From: Diadema antillarum
Taxonomy: Eukaryota
Reading direction: 5' to 3'
DNA length: 64,000 bases
NCBI RefSeq assembly: GCF_040938485.1
Contig: NW_027271249.1
Location: 744,001-808,000 of the forward strand
The position numbers were made by a program, and so were the translations under genes. Below, in pieces: positions 22,010 to 35,246 of this stretch. Every line of letters starts with the position of its first letter. The stretch's first letter is position 1. The notes beneath the pieces were generated by a model. The model ran no database searches. It saw only the letters and a list, made by a program, of their open reading frames with translations, and was not told the origin of the DNA.

Positions 22010-23435
22010 TAGAGTTATGACTGACATTTTCACAAGTCTATCAAAGGCTTGTGATACGATTAATCACAGTATCATGACACCAAAATTGTGGTGTTCTTGT
22101 TTTTGTTTTTGTGGTGTTCCTCAGAGTTCTTTTCTAGGACCTTTATTCTTCAATTTACGCAATAAGGACACTGATAATTCATTCCCAGTGATTTCTTTTT
22201 TTTTTAACAGACGGCACTAATATCATTTGTAAACACAAAGATTTGAATGAGCTTCAAAGGCAGGAAATAATGGTTTGCGGAAAAAGAGTATGTAACCCTG
22301 CATCCCAAAAACAAAACGAAAAGTAGACCAAGCATGGATTTTTAGTTAAAAGTAGATCGTGAAAGAGCAGACTCTAAGCTTTAAAATCATGTATAACTCA
22401 ATTCAAATGGACTCTCCTAAAATATCCTAATATTGGAAAGAAATCACTCACTCTGGAAAGTGTGAACTGAGTGAAGAGGCTCTGAAGTACGGGGTCTATT
22501 CAAGCGCTTAATCTTTAACAAGTTGTGCTAGCTGTGCGATGAATGGAAAAAAAAAATAAGTTGAAATTCGGCAAGCTTTATTAACACTTTCTGTAGATGA
22601 TTAATGCCAACTTTCAAAGCAGTAGCATTAAACTTTCCAAAGTTATTAGAGTTGAAAGTGAAGTGTATGGACAGGGTTTTAACAAATGAAAAGAAGAATC
22701 TAAGACACACCCAATCACAGCAGCGTATCCTACCAAAATGTGTTCGAGAAAAACTGCTAAAAACAATTTCCTGTTTGTTTTATGATCCCAAACTTAAGTA
22801 TTGATGTCAAAAAAGACCTGCTCTTTCAGAAAAGATGGAAAAAATCAAGACTGGCCATAAGTTGACCCATTTCACCTATTTTCAGTTCTCACACAAAATC
22901 AATGCGTGCGACGTTTTGTTGGTTTTGTGATGCACGGTCACAATATGGTTTTGTGCCAAGAAACTCTCGGCTAATTGGCAAAAGAAAACATATAATTTTG
23001 TGATATTTAGCAATCACAGTAGATTACATGACTTAAGCGGACATAGATTTACTTTGAATGATGTAAGGATGCCCATAGTAGAGTACATAAGTTCCTAAGT
23101 TCCTAGGGTTTATGTAGGCCCAAAGTTAAATTGGAAGTGTTATAAGAGAAGTTGAGAAAGTATCATAAAACATCGATATTTTGCTCACTTCGGCATATAT
23201 AATTTTTTTTAATTGTGTGAAAAGTTTTTTCGAATGTTGTTCTCTCGGCCGTTCCTATTTCTCGTATTGGGATCTGGTACGCGCATGCACCAATGTCTTT
23301 AAAATAACATCATTCGAATACTAGTAATAGTTGCTGCATCTCCTATGGAAATAATGCTGAACAATGCTATTATGAAGTGGGTCTGATGACAATTCATTAT
23401 ATACGCAGTGTTGCATTTTCAGCAGGGTGTTTTTG

Positions 23436-23475
<40 letters not shown>

Positions 23476-23570
23476 AAAACTATGAACAAAATCATACCAT
23501 CCTGTTTCAGAGGCCTTTTCCCATCAACAAGAGTTTTTCATAATTGTAGCACACGATCATCGGCTTCTGT
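22010..23570 (+). pseudogene. Highly degraded CR1/L2-type RT remnants
   Basis: LSKACDTINHSI and GVPQSSFLGPLFF at ~22030-22150, and IPSCFRGLF...HNCSTRS at ~23490-23560, resemble LINE RT motifs and its C-terminus. Confidence 0.6.
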
Positions 23571-23600
23571 TTACACGTCTTGCAAGTCATATCCCTACTG

Positions 23601-23885
23601 GAAAGAACACAGTGTCCCACAGTGTGTTCACATTGTGTTCATATTGTGTTCACATAGTCGACTATGTAAAAACGCTAGAATTTAACAGTGTTAAGATGAT
23701 TTCGCACTGTGGTGTGGTTTTCACAGAGTGTTCACATAGTAATGCTGTTTCACACTGTGAATTGATGACTCACATTGTGTTCACACTGTTAAAACGCTCG
23801 ACTTTAACAGTGTGAAGGGATTTCACACTGTGGTCACAATGTGTTCACACTGTGTTTCTAACACTGTGGAACACTGTGCTCTTTC
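23601..23885. repeat. Foldback element built of cacagtgtg/cacactgtg motifs
   Basis: Terminal inverted repeats gaaagaacacagtgtcccacagtgt ... acactgtggaacactgtgctctttc. Confidence 0.65.
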
Positions 23886-24744
23886 ATAAACAATGTCATA
23901 TCGGTATAATTTTTTCATTTACTGAATCAAAACTGTTGAACTCGCTACCCCTCCATGTTACGAGTGTCTCATCTGTGAATGGCTTCAAAAGCAGATTTTT
24001 AAAAACTACTTGTTATCAGCGCACTTGAAAAAATGAATAAAAATTTCCAGAATTGTTTATCCAGGGTAGAAAAACACTTCATGCACATTATTGTTATGTT
24101 TGGGAAAGTCTGTGAATATGTATCTTTCCCCCCTCATTATTATCTTTTATTTCGTGTATGTGTGTGTGTGTGTGCTCATGTGTGTGTATGTATGTTATTA
24201 TTGTATCAATTTTATTTAAATGTACATGTACTGCTATATTAGGGCATATTCCCAACAAAAAGTTACGTGTTTGTGTAATTTCTCATGTCATGTCATCCGT
24301 AGCTACTCACTATACACTACCTCACTTATATACATTTAATAGTTGTCACTATTCCCATATGAATGTACCCCTGTATTTATTAGATACTGTGACTGAAATA
24401 ACGTGTATCTGAATTAAAACTGAAATTGAAAATGAGATTTATGGTCCTATGGTCCTATCTGTCATTGAACAATTACCAATGAATGCTTCAGTGAAATCTA
24501 AATGACTAAATGCACTTTGCAACCCCTACGAAATCAGACGTCACTATAACTGAATACACCATAAAGCTTTCAGTTCATCCAATTTTAATCTAAACTCATA
24601 AAGCGTTAGTGATTATGTAATGATCCTATACGATACGTGTAGCAATGACAGAATGATGACTGGAATGATAGGATACGTTGTGTTTGCTGTTTCAACAATC
24701 AATATGTAAAAATGCTCTGAGGTCTACAGCTCCTTTCCGCATAT

Positions 24745-24791
<47 letters not shown>

Positions 24792-26593
24792 TACAGTATA
24801 TATATATATACATAAGAGATATACTTTAAAACGTTCACGATTATAGCAAAATTCTCGTTTACGAAGTAATTTCTAGGCGCCATTGATAAAGAAAAACCGA
24901 CAACTGATTGTAATGTGTTCCGCTAAACGAAATGCGCATTGCTTACGAAATTACGAGGGAGAAGAAACATTCACATAGTTTCTCTTCATGAGCTAAAACT
25001 TTTAAGTTTAGAGTATTCAAATTAAAAATTATAAATTTCGAACTATGATTGGTTCATATAAAGTGAGGAAGGGAGCGTCAAGGATACACACGAGAAATCC
25101 TATAACATGTAACTCATGTAATTATATTACAGATATATTGTAGAATTGACGGAATCGATGATTTTGGAATGTTAATAAAATTGCAGAAAGTTAATGTATT
25201 TGAAAAAATGTCATACAGAGAATAAATCAAATCAAATCAAATCAAATCAAATCAAATCAAATCAAGGGTGATATATTCAGAATATTCCGATGGATCGTTA
25301 TTAAATCCGAATATGAAACAGGGTTCGTTATTCCGAATATGAAATAGGGTTCGTTATTCCGAAACATATGAAAGCCGAGCCAGATGTTTGTTAATCCAAC
25401 AAAGAAATGGGTTCGTTATAAAGAACATTTTGTGGCGTTCTTCAGAACATTCAGTATTGGGAAGGTTTGTATGTCCGTTAATGAAATCCGTTAATTCCGA
25501 ACTCGAGGAGTAACAACCCTCTTCGGAATTAGACAACCCAATTTTGTTTTCGGGTTAACAAACTTTTGAAATAACGAACCTTAATTCTTTTTCAGATTTA
25601 CAAACCTTCAAAATCAACGAACCTTGCTTAATTGTTGTATTAGCGAACCTCCGAAATAACTGACCGTATTTCACATTTGCATTAACGAATCTTCCGATTA
25701 ATGACCCTTATATCATTTTCGGATTAACCGCAAAAGCAATAGGAGTTTAACTTAGTTTTGACCGTCATTCACATGAAAACAACATTTCAGCAGTATCACT
25801 GATTCGGTCGACAGAATCGCCATGTGTATGGCGCTTACAAAAATCCACTAATATATGACCATGACCCTAAAAGAGGCTAAAAGAGGCAACAGCATTGCCA
25901 GAAAGAATATAGGGTTCTAAATTTCACCATGATGCACGTCTATAATATAAGTTTTGTTTTTGTTTTTGTTTTTTTGTTTTTTGTTTTGTTTTGTTTTGTT
26001 TTTTTTTTTTTTTTTTTTGGGGGGGGGGGGAGACCATCAAGAACCAACCGAAAATTAACCCTCCAGGCTCTTTCAATATTACAGACATAGATGCAAATGC
26101 GCTCAAGCATTACATATAGGCCTATCTTTTAACCATCTATTTTTTGACAATGTAAAATACGAAAATAGAATACCACAGATTTAGCGATGGATGAAGTCTT
26201 AAAAATGTATATATTAATGGGTGTTACGCATGTATTACTACATGTACATCACCAACGCCCATACATGTCAAAAGACAACGTCTTGACACCTTTTTATATA
26301 AGTGGGTATTGGCCATGTTTTCTACATTGTGGTTGATACCAGCGCCCGTAAATAATAAAAAAGGCATACTGGTATAAAATTATGTCAAAATATGTTTCAC
26401 AGAACCCCCATATACATATACACATAGACACCCACATCAACACACACGCGCGCGCGCGCAAACACACACATACTTGTATAAGTATGCATATAGGTATTAT
26501 TGTAAATGATTATAGATTATGTTTGTATAAATTCTATATATGTAAATTATATGTTATATACACATATATATGTATATTACATATAAATATATA

Positions 26594-27566
26594 CACTCAG
26601 CAAAGAATGAAAGTTAACACTTTTTCCATCTAATATTTTTCATACAAGATTTAGATAAAAATCAATGTGTCATATACGACATCAATGATTATTTAATTGG
26701 CTATCAACCTGGTAGGTTGATACAAAGGGAAATTTTACGCATGAGTGAACACATTCGTTCTTGTCCTCTAAGGCAGAAAAATAGAAATTGCAGAATTTGA
26801 CATATTTGAAGTCATTTGCAAATGTCCTCCCAGATAGCAATGATAACAAAAGACCAATTTAACTCAATGAGAGACATAAATGAAACAGCAGAAATAAGTT
26901 TCTGTTCCCTTGTTTTCGTTTATATTCAAAACAAGAACACAGTGCGGAAACTGAAGGTGGAACATAAGCATTTTCCATCAATTCAAACTTTAAATGACAT
27001 TGAGAGTAAGCCATAAAGGTGATAAAATCGACAGCATTTCTTCATTTTACCTTTTAATTTACGAATTCACGACACAAATTCAAGAACCAAATATTATTTC
27101 AAGTTTTCTTAATTTGGAATAACGTTTCAAATTTAACTTTCTTTGTTATCATATTTTTTTTCTGTTTTATCTCGTGACTGCGGATTTGACAGAGGATTCT
27201 TCATTTTCCTCCATTATTGTTTGCTTTTCGTTATCTTTGGAGGGTTACAGAGACATTGTTGAGATCATAGGTTGATATTTTTTTCAAATTAATTTGCATT
27301 TCTATTGTGTTGAATTTGTCTTTTGCTCTCATTATTATATAGAAGAGCAAATACGCTTGAACAACAACAACCTGCCCATTTTGCAATTTTTACTTTTGTG
27401 CCTTGGAAGAGAAAAACGAATGCGTTCACTTTTGCGTAAAGTTAACATTTCCATTGACCTACTAGGTTGATAGCTAATAAAATTACCTTTAACATACCAT
27501 TTTTAGCCAGATAGTCTATGAGAAAGATAAACTTGAAAAAGTGTTTACTTTCTTTTTTGCTAAGTA
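26594..27566. mobile_element. Non-autonomous Tc1/mariner-type element with ~200-bp TIRs in a TA site
   Basis: TA|cactcagcaaagaatgaaagttaacac at one end and gtgtttactttcttttttgctaagta|TA at the other. Inner TIR motif attggctatcaacctggtagg / cctactaggttgatagctaat. No ORF. Confidence 0.75.
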
Positions 27567-29012
27567 TATATACAAAGTATATGCATATAATTATATGAAT
27601 ATTTAGGTAACATGAATTAAAAAGTTGTTGTCTTAACAGTTTCAACCATGACACAATGTATATCTCGCTGATAGTGGCTGCTACATCGTGCTGAAGTGCA
27701 ATAAAACACAGATCTCACATAAAACTTTTCTGCACCTGCTTTTTGCATTATCTACGTAGGAATAACCTTGCCTTTTATAATCATAATGATCGCAAATATA
27801 TCATATATAGACCATTCTCTCCACTGGCAGTGAAAAGATTTCACTTAGATTAAAAAAGAAAACAAAATAAAAAAAGAAAATAAGTATTTTAAGATACCAC
27901 TTCGGTTTTTTCAGAACTTTATTCAGGAACATTCCTCGTTCATCTACGAGATATCTTATGGGCAATTTCGAGCAAGCGTGTGCGTGTCATTGTAACATCA
28001 AAGCCATTGAAAGCAGAAATTCGATGGTCGGAAGATAGAGTGAAAATCTGTACAAAGGCATGGTGTATAGCATTCAACGATGGCATTGACTCCCAGCTTT
28101 CTTTATTCTTCCTGTAGACTAGTGCAGGGTAATTAATTGAATGGAAATCCATTAGTGACATTTCCAAGGGAAAAAAAGACCTGAACATTCGAGGTTGATC
28201 TCAGAATGTCTCCCTGTCTTTTGCTATTTCATGCCATGCACAAAAGAAAAATAAATTGACTAGCAGCGAAATTCTTTTGTGCTGTCAGTGTGAATTGAAA
28301 CTTTGTTCGCATCAAATGCATTTTCTTGGCTTCTTCGTAAGGATGCCTGTTGTTGATGTTGTTTTGCCAGTGCAAAACAAAATCATGCGAAAAATTGCGA
28401 TGCTTGAATCTCCCCCCCCCCCCTATTTGGTATACGTTAAAGAAGAGCAATAAATAATCATAAACGACGCTGGAAAGAGACCCAGCATAAAGAGAAATCA
28501 TTTTGAAAAGTTACAGTAACTGTCTGTAAGGCAGTAACGTTGATACAACCATAAAGCTTTATTCATCGCTTGATTGCAATTTCATTTCTTGAAGTCAATG
28601 TCCTTTTTTAAAGTGCTATGAGAATGTAAAATCCTTACTTGCTATTTTGAAGGGACTGTTCATTCATTCATTGTTGGTCACCTAAAGAAGCGAAACTCGA
28701 AAGAGACGGTAAAGTATACACTGGAATGACAAAGGCACGCATAACGAATGCATGAGCTGAATCACGAAAAAAAATCAATAACACAGATTTATATAGGTTT
28801 TGTTTTTGTTTTTGTTTAAATGTATGCCTGTTAATGAAATTTGTATTTCTATATTGTAAACTGACTGTTTTGGGTGCACCGGGTGGGTTGGGGAGGATGG
28901 CCTGAGGGCCGAAGTCATTTAGTTGGCTCTTTCCAGACCCAGGCTACCCAACCTGGTGCTCACTTACCACTCCAGTGCATGTTTTGATTTTGAAGTATGT
29001 ATTATGATATTT

Positions 29013-29157
29013 NNNNNNNNNNNNNNNNNNNNNNNNNNNNNNNNNNNNNNNNNNNNNNNNNNNNNNNNNNNNNNNNNNNNNNNNNNNNNNNNNNNNNNNN
29101 NNNNNNNNNNNNNNNNNNNNNNNNNNNNNNNNNNNNNNNNNNNNNNNNNNNNNNNNN
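29013..29157. other. Assembly gap (145 N)
   Basis: Run of N. Confidence 1.
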
Positions 29158-30984
29158 GCCGTCACTGTGGGTCTCAAACTATTTTCTCACTTACGCTGAT
29201 ACTATGCTCAGTAAGTACATTCAAGTTTAAAAATGCATAGTTATGTCAATGCAAAAGATATACTGGCACGTCGCGAATTATTATTAATGATATGTCAAAA
29301 TGACATTTTAAAAAGAAAGAAATATCTTGCTCTTGATCCTGTAAAACAACAAAAAAAGTGTCATCGCATTGGGGCGTGATTATGGAATGAGCGTTATTAG
29401 CCACTCTTGTACTTTTGTATGATTTACATATGGAAATGAAAAGAAATGAAAAGAAATGAAAATGAAATGAAATGAAAATGAATTGAAATGAAAATGAAAC
29501 TAAGCTACTAATAGAATTCAAGCCTCATAAATTATTCGTTTAAGAGTCTAGAACGTTGTCCTCTGCACCGCAGTAAATAATGCTGACTTAATTTCTGTAA
29601 CTTCCAGGGTCGGAAGGATCCAAGAAAGGATCTTGATGGGCGGAGGAATGCAGTCATACCTTTAAAAAACACATCGGTTTCTGATTCTTGAGATTTTTTG
29701 ATATTGAATAGTACCTAACCTAGTGCTCGGATACTTATCAACAACTATTAACAAATTTTCAGACAAGTACTATAGGAGGTCAAAAATGGTTACATGGTGA
29801 GGTTTGCTAAAAACGAGCGTTGTAACCGAAGTTCGCAATCGCTTGGGTAGTCAGAAAGACACGCAGGTCATAGTGCGTGCGTCCTTGGTTCTTGAACCTA
29901 AGAAATTTATTTGAAGTTCATATTCTCTTCACGCCTATATATCGATCATAATCGCTACTGTAAAAGAGACACAAACCGCGCCCACCTTGTAGGAGGGGAT
30001 ACCATTTTTATTTTCAGAGATAACAAATTTTGGTATAACGCTGCGCAGGGAGTTCTTTGCGCAGCTTGTTTTAATGCGCCTGCGTATTTCAGGTGCTATC
30101 TTTCCATGGTGGTAGTCGTAATGCGACGATAATGAATAGTGAGTTCGCAGAAGCCTGCTTTGTGTAGCAGTAAATACGACAAAGACATCTTTTCTGGGTG
30201 GGCTACAAATAGGCAGCTTCGGACAGGTATAATCCAAACTGAGACTGTGAGACATTTTCAACATATCGTTTTCGCCTAACTGGTAACTGGTACAGGGACC
30301 CTACTCCTACTTATATCGTAAGTTGCATTTTGTTCATTTAGGCCTACAGCTTTTCTCCCTCTGTATGTTCAGAGGTCATTTAAAGTACAAGTATATTTTG
30401 ATGATCTAATCCCGGTATCTCGTCATTGTATATAGCACGCAATCATGTTGACAGCATATAACATTCCATCTCCTAATCTTCCAACTTTCTCGCTTAAATC
30501 TCTCTGCGCAGATCGCAACGTTGTACCTGCCTTCCATTCTTATTTCCCATTGCACTTTGCTATTTTCTGTCATGTTTGGTGTGTGAATGTTTATAACGAT
30601 CCGTTTATCTAAAGTTGTAGGCGTACATTGTTTCGCGAAATTAACAGGGCGTTATTCATTTGTCCTTCTTATTTACGTAAAGCATACATATATCTTTCAC
30701 AATACATGACTTATGAGTAGGGTTACTAGTTACAGAAGTTCATTACACTGCCACTTGTGATCTATCAATCCGGATTTTTGTCTTAAGTAGTTCCTATATC
30801 GCAAAAAGATATCCTAGTGTAACAGCGAAATTCGAAATAATAAGTATGAATTCTACAAATTTCAAGAAATACGGCTTCTTCAGAAATTTAAAAAAAAAGT
30901 TATTCATGATCTCGATCTCTCTCTCACGGAATTTTTTTCTTTCAGGAAAATATATTAAGATAGACGACCTAGTCTTCGGCAATC

Positions 30985-32184
30985 ATGTGGTCTTTGGTTG
31001 TAGCCATTTGTGTCATTGTCCAAGGAGACCTATTACCGCCTATTGATGCATTTTCTGGTGAAACCACTACCTCGAATGGTCCAGCCGTAGACGTTGAAGG
31101 TGCAGGAACTTCAGGAATTGTCAGAAGCAATCTGTCATGGAGCTCCTCTGCAGAAACTGAAGAGGCAAATCAATCTGGTGATACACCAAAGCTCGACCCA
31201 TTGCAGTGGACATGGGTCTTTGGGTGGACGTGGGTGAATGCCCTTGAGATGAGCTGTGCCTGTGTTGGGGTACTGGGAAACCTGCTTGTTATACTCGCAC
31301 TCAGGATGCAGGTAGGAACCATAAAACACTCGACCGACATCTTAATCGGAGCACTGGCAGTTTCTGATCTACTGACATCCATTTCCATCATGCCCTTACC
31401 TCTTGCTGTAAGAGTGCCGCGGACGCCGCTTGGTTCGCTCTACTGTAAGTTTGCATACCCGCGTTACTTTGTGTGGGTCCCAGTCCACGTGTCCATTTAC
31501 ACTCTTGTGGGAATAGCCATCGAACGCACGATTGCTGTAGTGAGTCCACTACATTTCAGGTCCTATGTCACTACACGCAAAATCTACACTTACTTATGGA
31601 CGGTGTGTGTCCTGTCTTTTATATCCTGCCTCTATCCTGTTGAAATGAAAGTGGTCGACAACACCTGCAAGCTTCTGCATGGACCCGAGTCCAGTAAAAC
31701 GGTCGTGTTCTACCTGCTTATGATCAGGTTTGGCACACCTGTTACCATCATGATCGTAACGCAAGCAGCTACGGCGTGGTCACTCCATCGTCAATCACAC
31801 CGCGTTCGCAAGGGACTTTCTCAGGCTACTGGGGTATCGTCCACTCACATACGGGCTCGAAATCGTATCACCAGGTTGACCTTCCTCATTGTCTTGACGT
31901 ACATCCTGACCTTTGCTCCCCATCACGTGACTGCAGGGATATATGTCCTGCAAGGAAAGCTGTACTCGTACCTGCACAGTCCTCTTCACAGCGCTCTGTC
32001 TGTGTTGATTTGTGTCAACTCTTGCGCCAATCCTTTCATATATGCATCCCAGTACCCAAGGTTCCGGACCGCCATAAGAGATGCTTTAAAATGCCAACGA
32101 GCTGACAATCAGAACCATCCGTTTTTCACTACGGAATCAAATACTTTTCAGCAGGAAAAAATACCACAAAGCAAAGAATGGTAA
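30985..32184 (+). CDS. Intronless class A GPCR, paralog 2, full length (399 aa) with N-terminal signal peptide-like segment
   Basis: MWSLVVAICVIVQG hydrophobic leader, N-glycosylation sequons (NLS, NQS), 7TM, IERT and NPFIY. A candidate 5' UTR splice acceptor ttttttctttcag at ~30935-30947 is conserved in paralog 1. Confidence 0.93.
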   Translation: MWSLVVAICVIVQGDLLPPIDAFSGETTTSNGPAVDVEGAGTSGIVRSNLSWSSSAETEEANQSGDTPKLDPLQWTWVFGWTWVNALEMSCACVGVLGNLLVILALRMQVGTIKHSTDILIGALAVSDLLTSISIMPLPLAVRVPRTPLGSLYCKFAYPRYFVWVPVHVSIYTLVGIAIERTIAVVSPLHFRSYVTTRKIYTYLWTVCVLSFISCLYPVEMKVVDNTCKLLHGPESSKTVVFYLLMIRFGTPVTIMIVTQAATAWSLHRQSHRVRKGLSQATGVSSTHIRARNRITRLTFLIVLTYILTFAPHHVTAGIYVLQGKLYSYLHSPLHSALSVLICVNSCANPFIYASQYPRFRTAIRDALKCQRADNQNHPFFTTESNTFQQEKIPQSKEW

Positions 32185-34019
32185 AAGTCATTAAGAAGTG
32201 AAGCCGACGCCTGATGCGCTGTAATTACCTTCTACACCTTCATGCTTTTTACATAGGCCTAGCATGCTTACTCTACGTATATATTTTGTAGCACAACAAA
32301 GCATACCCTACTAAAAGTCAATACATGTCCACGAATTAAAGAAAATTTATTAATAGAGTCATATTCAAAGTTAAACAGAAATTATATTTGTGATCCTACG
32401 ATGTACATTAAATTAGTGGACATGTTGATATTGTGCTCAAAAGGAGCTATGGCAAAATGCATTAGACGATGGCCAATAAATGCCTCAGAGAAATTGAAAT
32501 AATCATGTATGTAAATGCATGTACCATGCATTCACCCCAAAGAAATTGGGCATCATTATAGCTGAATATACTACAGAGTATAGTATTCATCCAATGTATT
32601 TTTTCTAAGATCATAAGGTATAAATTGTGTAATTATATAGGATATGTGTAGTTATGATATATCGGATACTAGGATTCGTTGGTTTCCTTTTCAAAAATGC
32701 ATGACAATCTACAGCCTGGAGGTTACAACTTCTTTACAATTCACCATGTTTATAGCCGATTGATGTTCTATCATTAATTACTATTATGCAGACTGCAGGA
32801 CTGCAGTTTTTCATCATTATAACGAAATTTCGGTGTAGTCCAATAGATTATGTAAACAGATAATGTAGATGATGATTTTAGGACCTGAAGTTTTACTTCA
32901 TGATTTCGGTATAATCATGTTTGTTAAAACGAGAGTACACTGTAGCTGATTACAAACATCCATTTTGATGACGTGTATATTGATTGATAATTTACAAGCT
33001 AAATAACTTTTTTGGACACATAAGAAAAAAAAAAGACAAGAACGAAGTAACCACTGGCGTAGCCAGGGGGGGGGGGGGGGGGCGATGGGGGCGATCGCCC
33101 CCCCCCCCCCCCCCCCTAAGATTTGGACCGGGGATTTGGGAGGCGGAAAAAAAAAATGCGTGTATACTGTATATGCATGCACATGAAGCGGGTCTCCTTT
33201 GCAACCTTTCATCAAATAAGATATTTTTTGAATATTTCACTCAAAGTGTGCACCAGATCGTTGAATTTCAATTCAAAATATGCAAAATCTCTCGTGCTTA
33301 GGAGGGGGATACCCCCTCCCAAACCTTCCCCCTCTGTGCCTCTTTCCCTAGCTTAGTACACTTTTTAGATTTACAAAAAATTATGAATAATTCTGAGTGC
33401 ACAAGACTTATCAAATATATTCCGAAAACTCAAGGTTCCCTCATGTATAAGGGAAATTTCCCCTTTTAATCGACTTTTTCCTCCCTCAGCCCCCCCCCCT
33501 AATCAGTTTTGTGTGTGTGTGTGTGTGTGATTTCCCAAATGTTGATTCCATCAAAAATGCGTAGATGAGATATCTCAATTTCAACCTTAAAAAGGCAAAA
33601 GCTCGATCGGAAGGGAAGGGTGGGGATAACACTCGCCCACGCCTTCTCCCTGCTCCCCCGCCCCTCCCCCCTTCCACCATGTACATGTATAAGAAGTATA
33701 GACTGTGGCTATATACCCAGATCGCTTTATTTCAATTCTAAAAACGCAAAAGCTCCGCGAGCGGGAGGAGGAATCCCCCTTCCTCTATATACCTCACTAG
33801 ACTTTATACATACACACAGATGGTGCACATTCGGAATAAGAGCTAAATTCCGTGATTTTATCACTTCGATGAAAAAGTATTGCACCAAAAATGTGCAACA
33901 GATCGCTGAATTTCAGGTTTGAAAACGCAAAATCACCTTCGTGTGGGAGGGGATATGCCGGCCCTATGAGTTCTACACCCTCGTGTGCATGCTTTTTCTG
34001 TTTGACTGCTGAACAGACG

Positions 34020-35246
34020 GTGTTCATGATATTCAGTGTAAGAATTAATACAAAAAGATTATTTAAATGATACCATTTTATAGGCAAATTGTTCAATAAT
34101 AATATACACTAAATTATACTGCAACTTTAAACAAGTGGGACTGTTTCATCACGTTAAAACACGCAAAAAAGATGTATCAAATTGCACCATTTGCAACATC
34201 AAAATGCAAAAAGTTCTCACCGTGGGAGGGGGTACACCCCCCCCCCCTCCCACACCCTCCCCTCCCCCCTCGCTCTCTCCGCTCTCTCGGGTTCAGTCGC
34301 GTTCATGATATTCAGTGAAAAGAAGTAATACAAGAAGCGTATTTAAATGATAGCATTTTATAGGCAAATTGTTCAATGATAATCTACATCAAAATATACT
34401 GCAACCTTAAACAAGTGGGACTGTTTCACGTCGATAAAACGCGCAAAAACATGCATCAAATTGCACCATTTGCAACATCGAAATGCAAAAAGTTCTCACC
34501 GTGGGAGGGGGGGGACACCCCCTCCCCTCCCCCCTCGCTCGCTCTGCTCGCTCGGGTTCAGTCGCGTTCATGATATTCAGTGAAAAGAATTGATACAAGA
34601 AGTGTATTCAAATTATACCATTATATAGGCAAATTGTTCAATTATAGTCTACATCAAAATATACTGCAACCTTAAACAAGTGGGACTGTTTCACGTCGAT
34701 AAAACGCCTAAAAACATGCATCTAATTGCACCATTTGCAACATCACAATGCAAAAAGTTCTTACCGTGGGAGGGGGACACCCCCTCCCACACCCTCCCCT
34801 CCCCCCTCGCTCGCTCCGCTCGCTCGGGTTCAGTCGCGTTCATGATATTCAGTGAAAAGAAGTAATACAAGAAGTGTATTTAAATCATACCATATTATAG
34901 GCAAATTATTCAATGATAATCTACATCAAAATATACTGCAACTTTAAACAAGTGGGACTGTTTCAACTCGTTAAAACGCGCAAAAACATGCATCAAATTG
35001 CACCATTTGCAACATCAAAATGCAAAAAGTTCTCACCGTGGGAGGGGCACACCCCCCTCCCACACCCTCCCCTCCCCCTTCACTCGCTCCGCTCTCTCGG
35101 GTTCAGTCGCGTTCATGATATTCAGTGAAAAGAGTTAATACAAGAAGTGTATTTAACTTATAGCATTTTAAAGGCAAATTGTTCAATAATAATCTACATC
35201 AAAATAAACTGCTACCTTAAACAAGTGGGACTGTTTCACGTCGATA
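34020..35246 (+). repeat. Tandem array of ~270-bp units (about 4.5 copies; resumes at 37955-38060)
   Basis: gttcagtcgcgttcatgatattcagtg recurs at 34291, 34556, 34828 and 35101. Confidence 0.9.

Noticed and set aside
28923-29240. ORFs spanning N runs (also 48073-48381)
   Set aside because: Artefacts of assembly gaps.
35147-35246. N-terminal 33 aa of the 694-aa ORF
   Set aside because: Derived from the tandem repeat upstream of the LINE truncation point; not part of the RT protein.
34020-35246. CRISPR-like repeat array
   Set aside because: The units are fully repeated with no unique spacers, there are no cas genes, and the context is eukaryotic.
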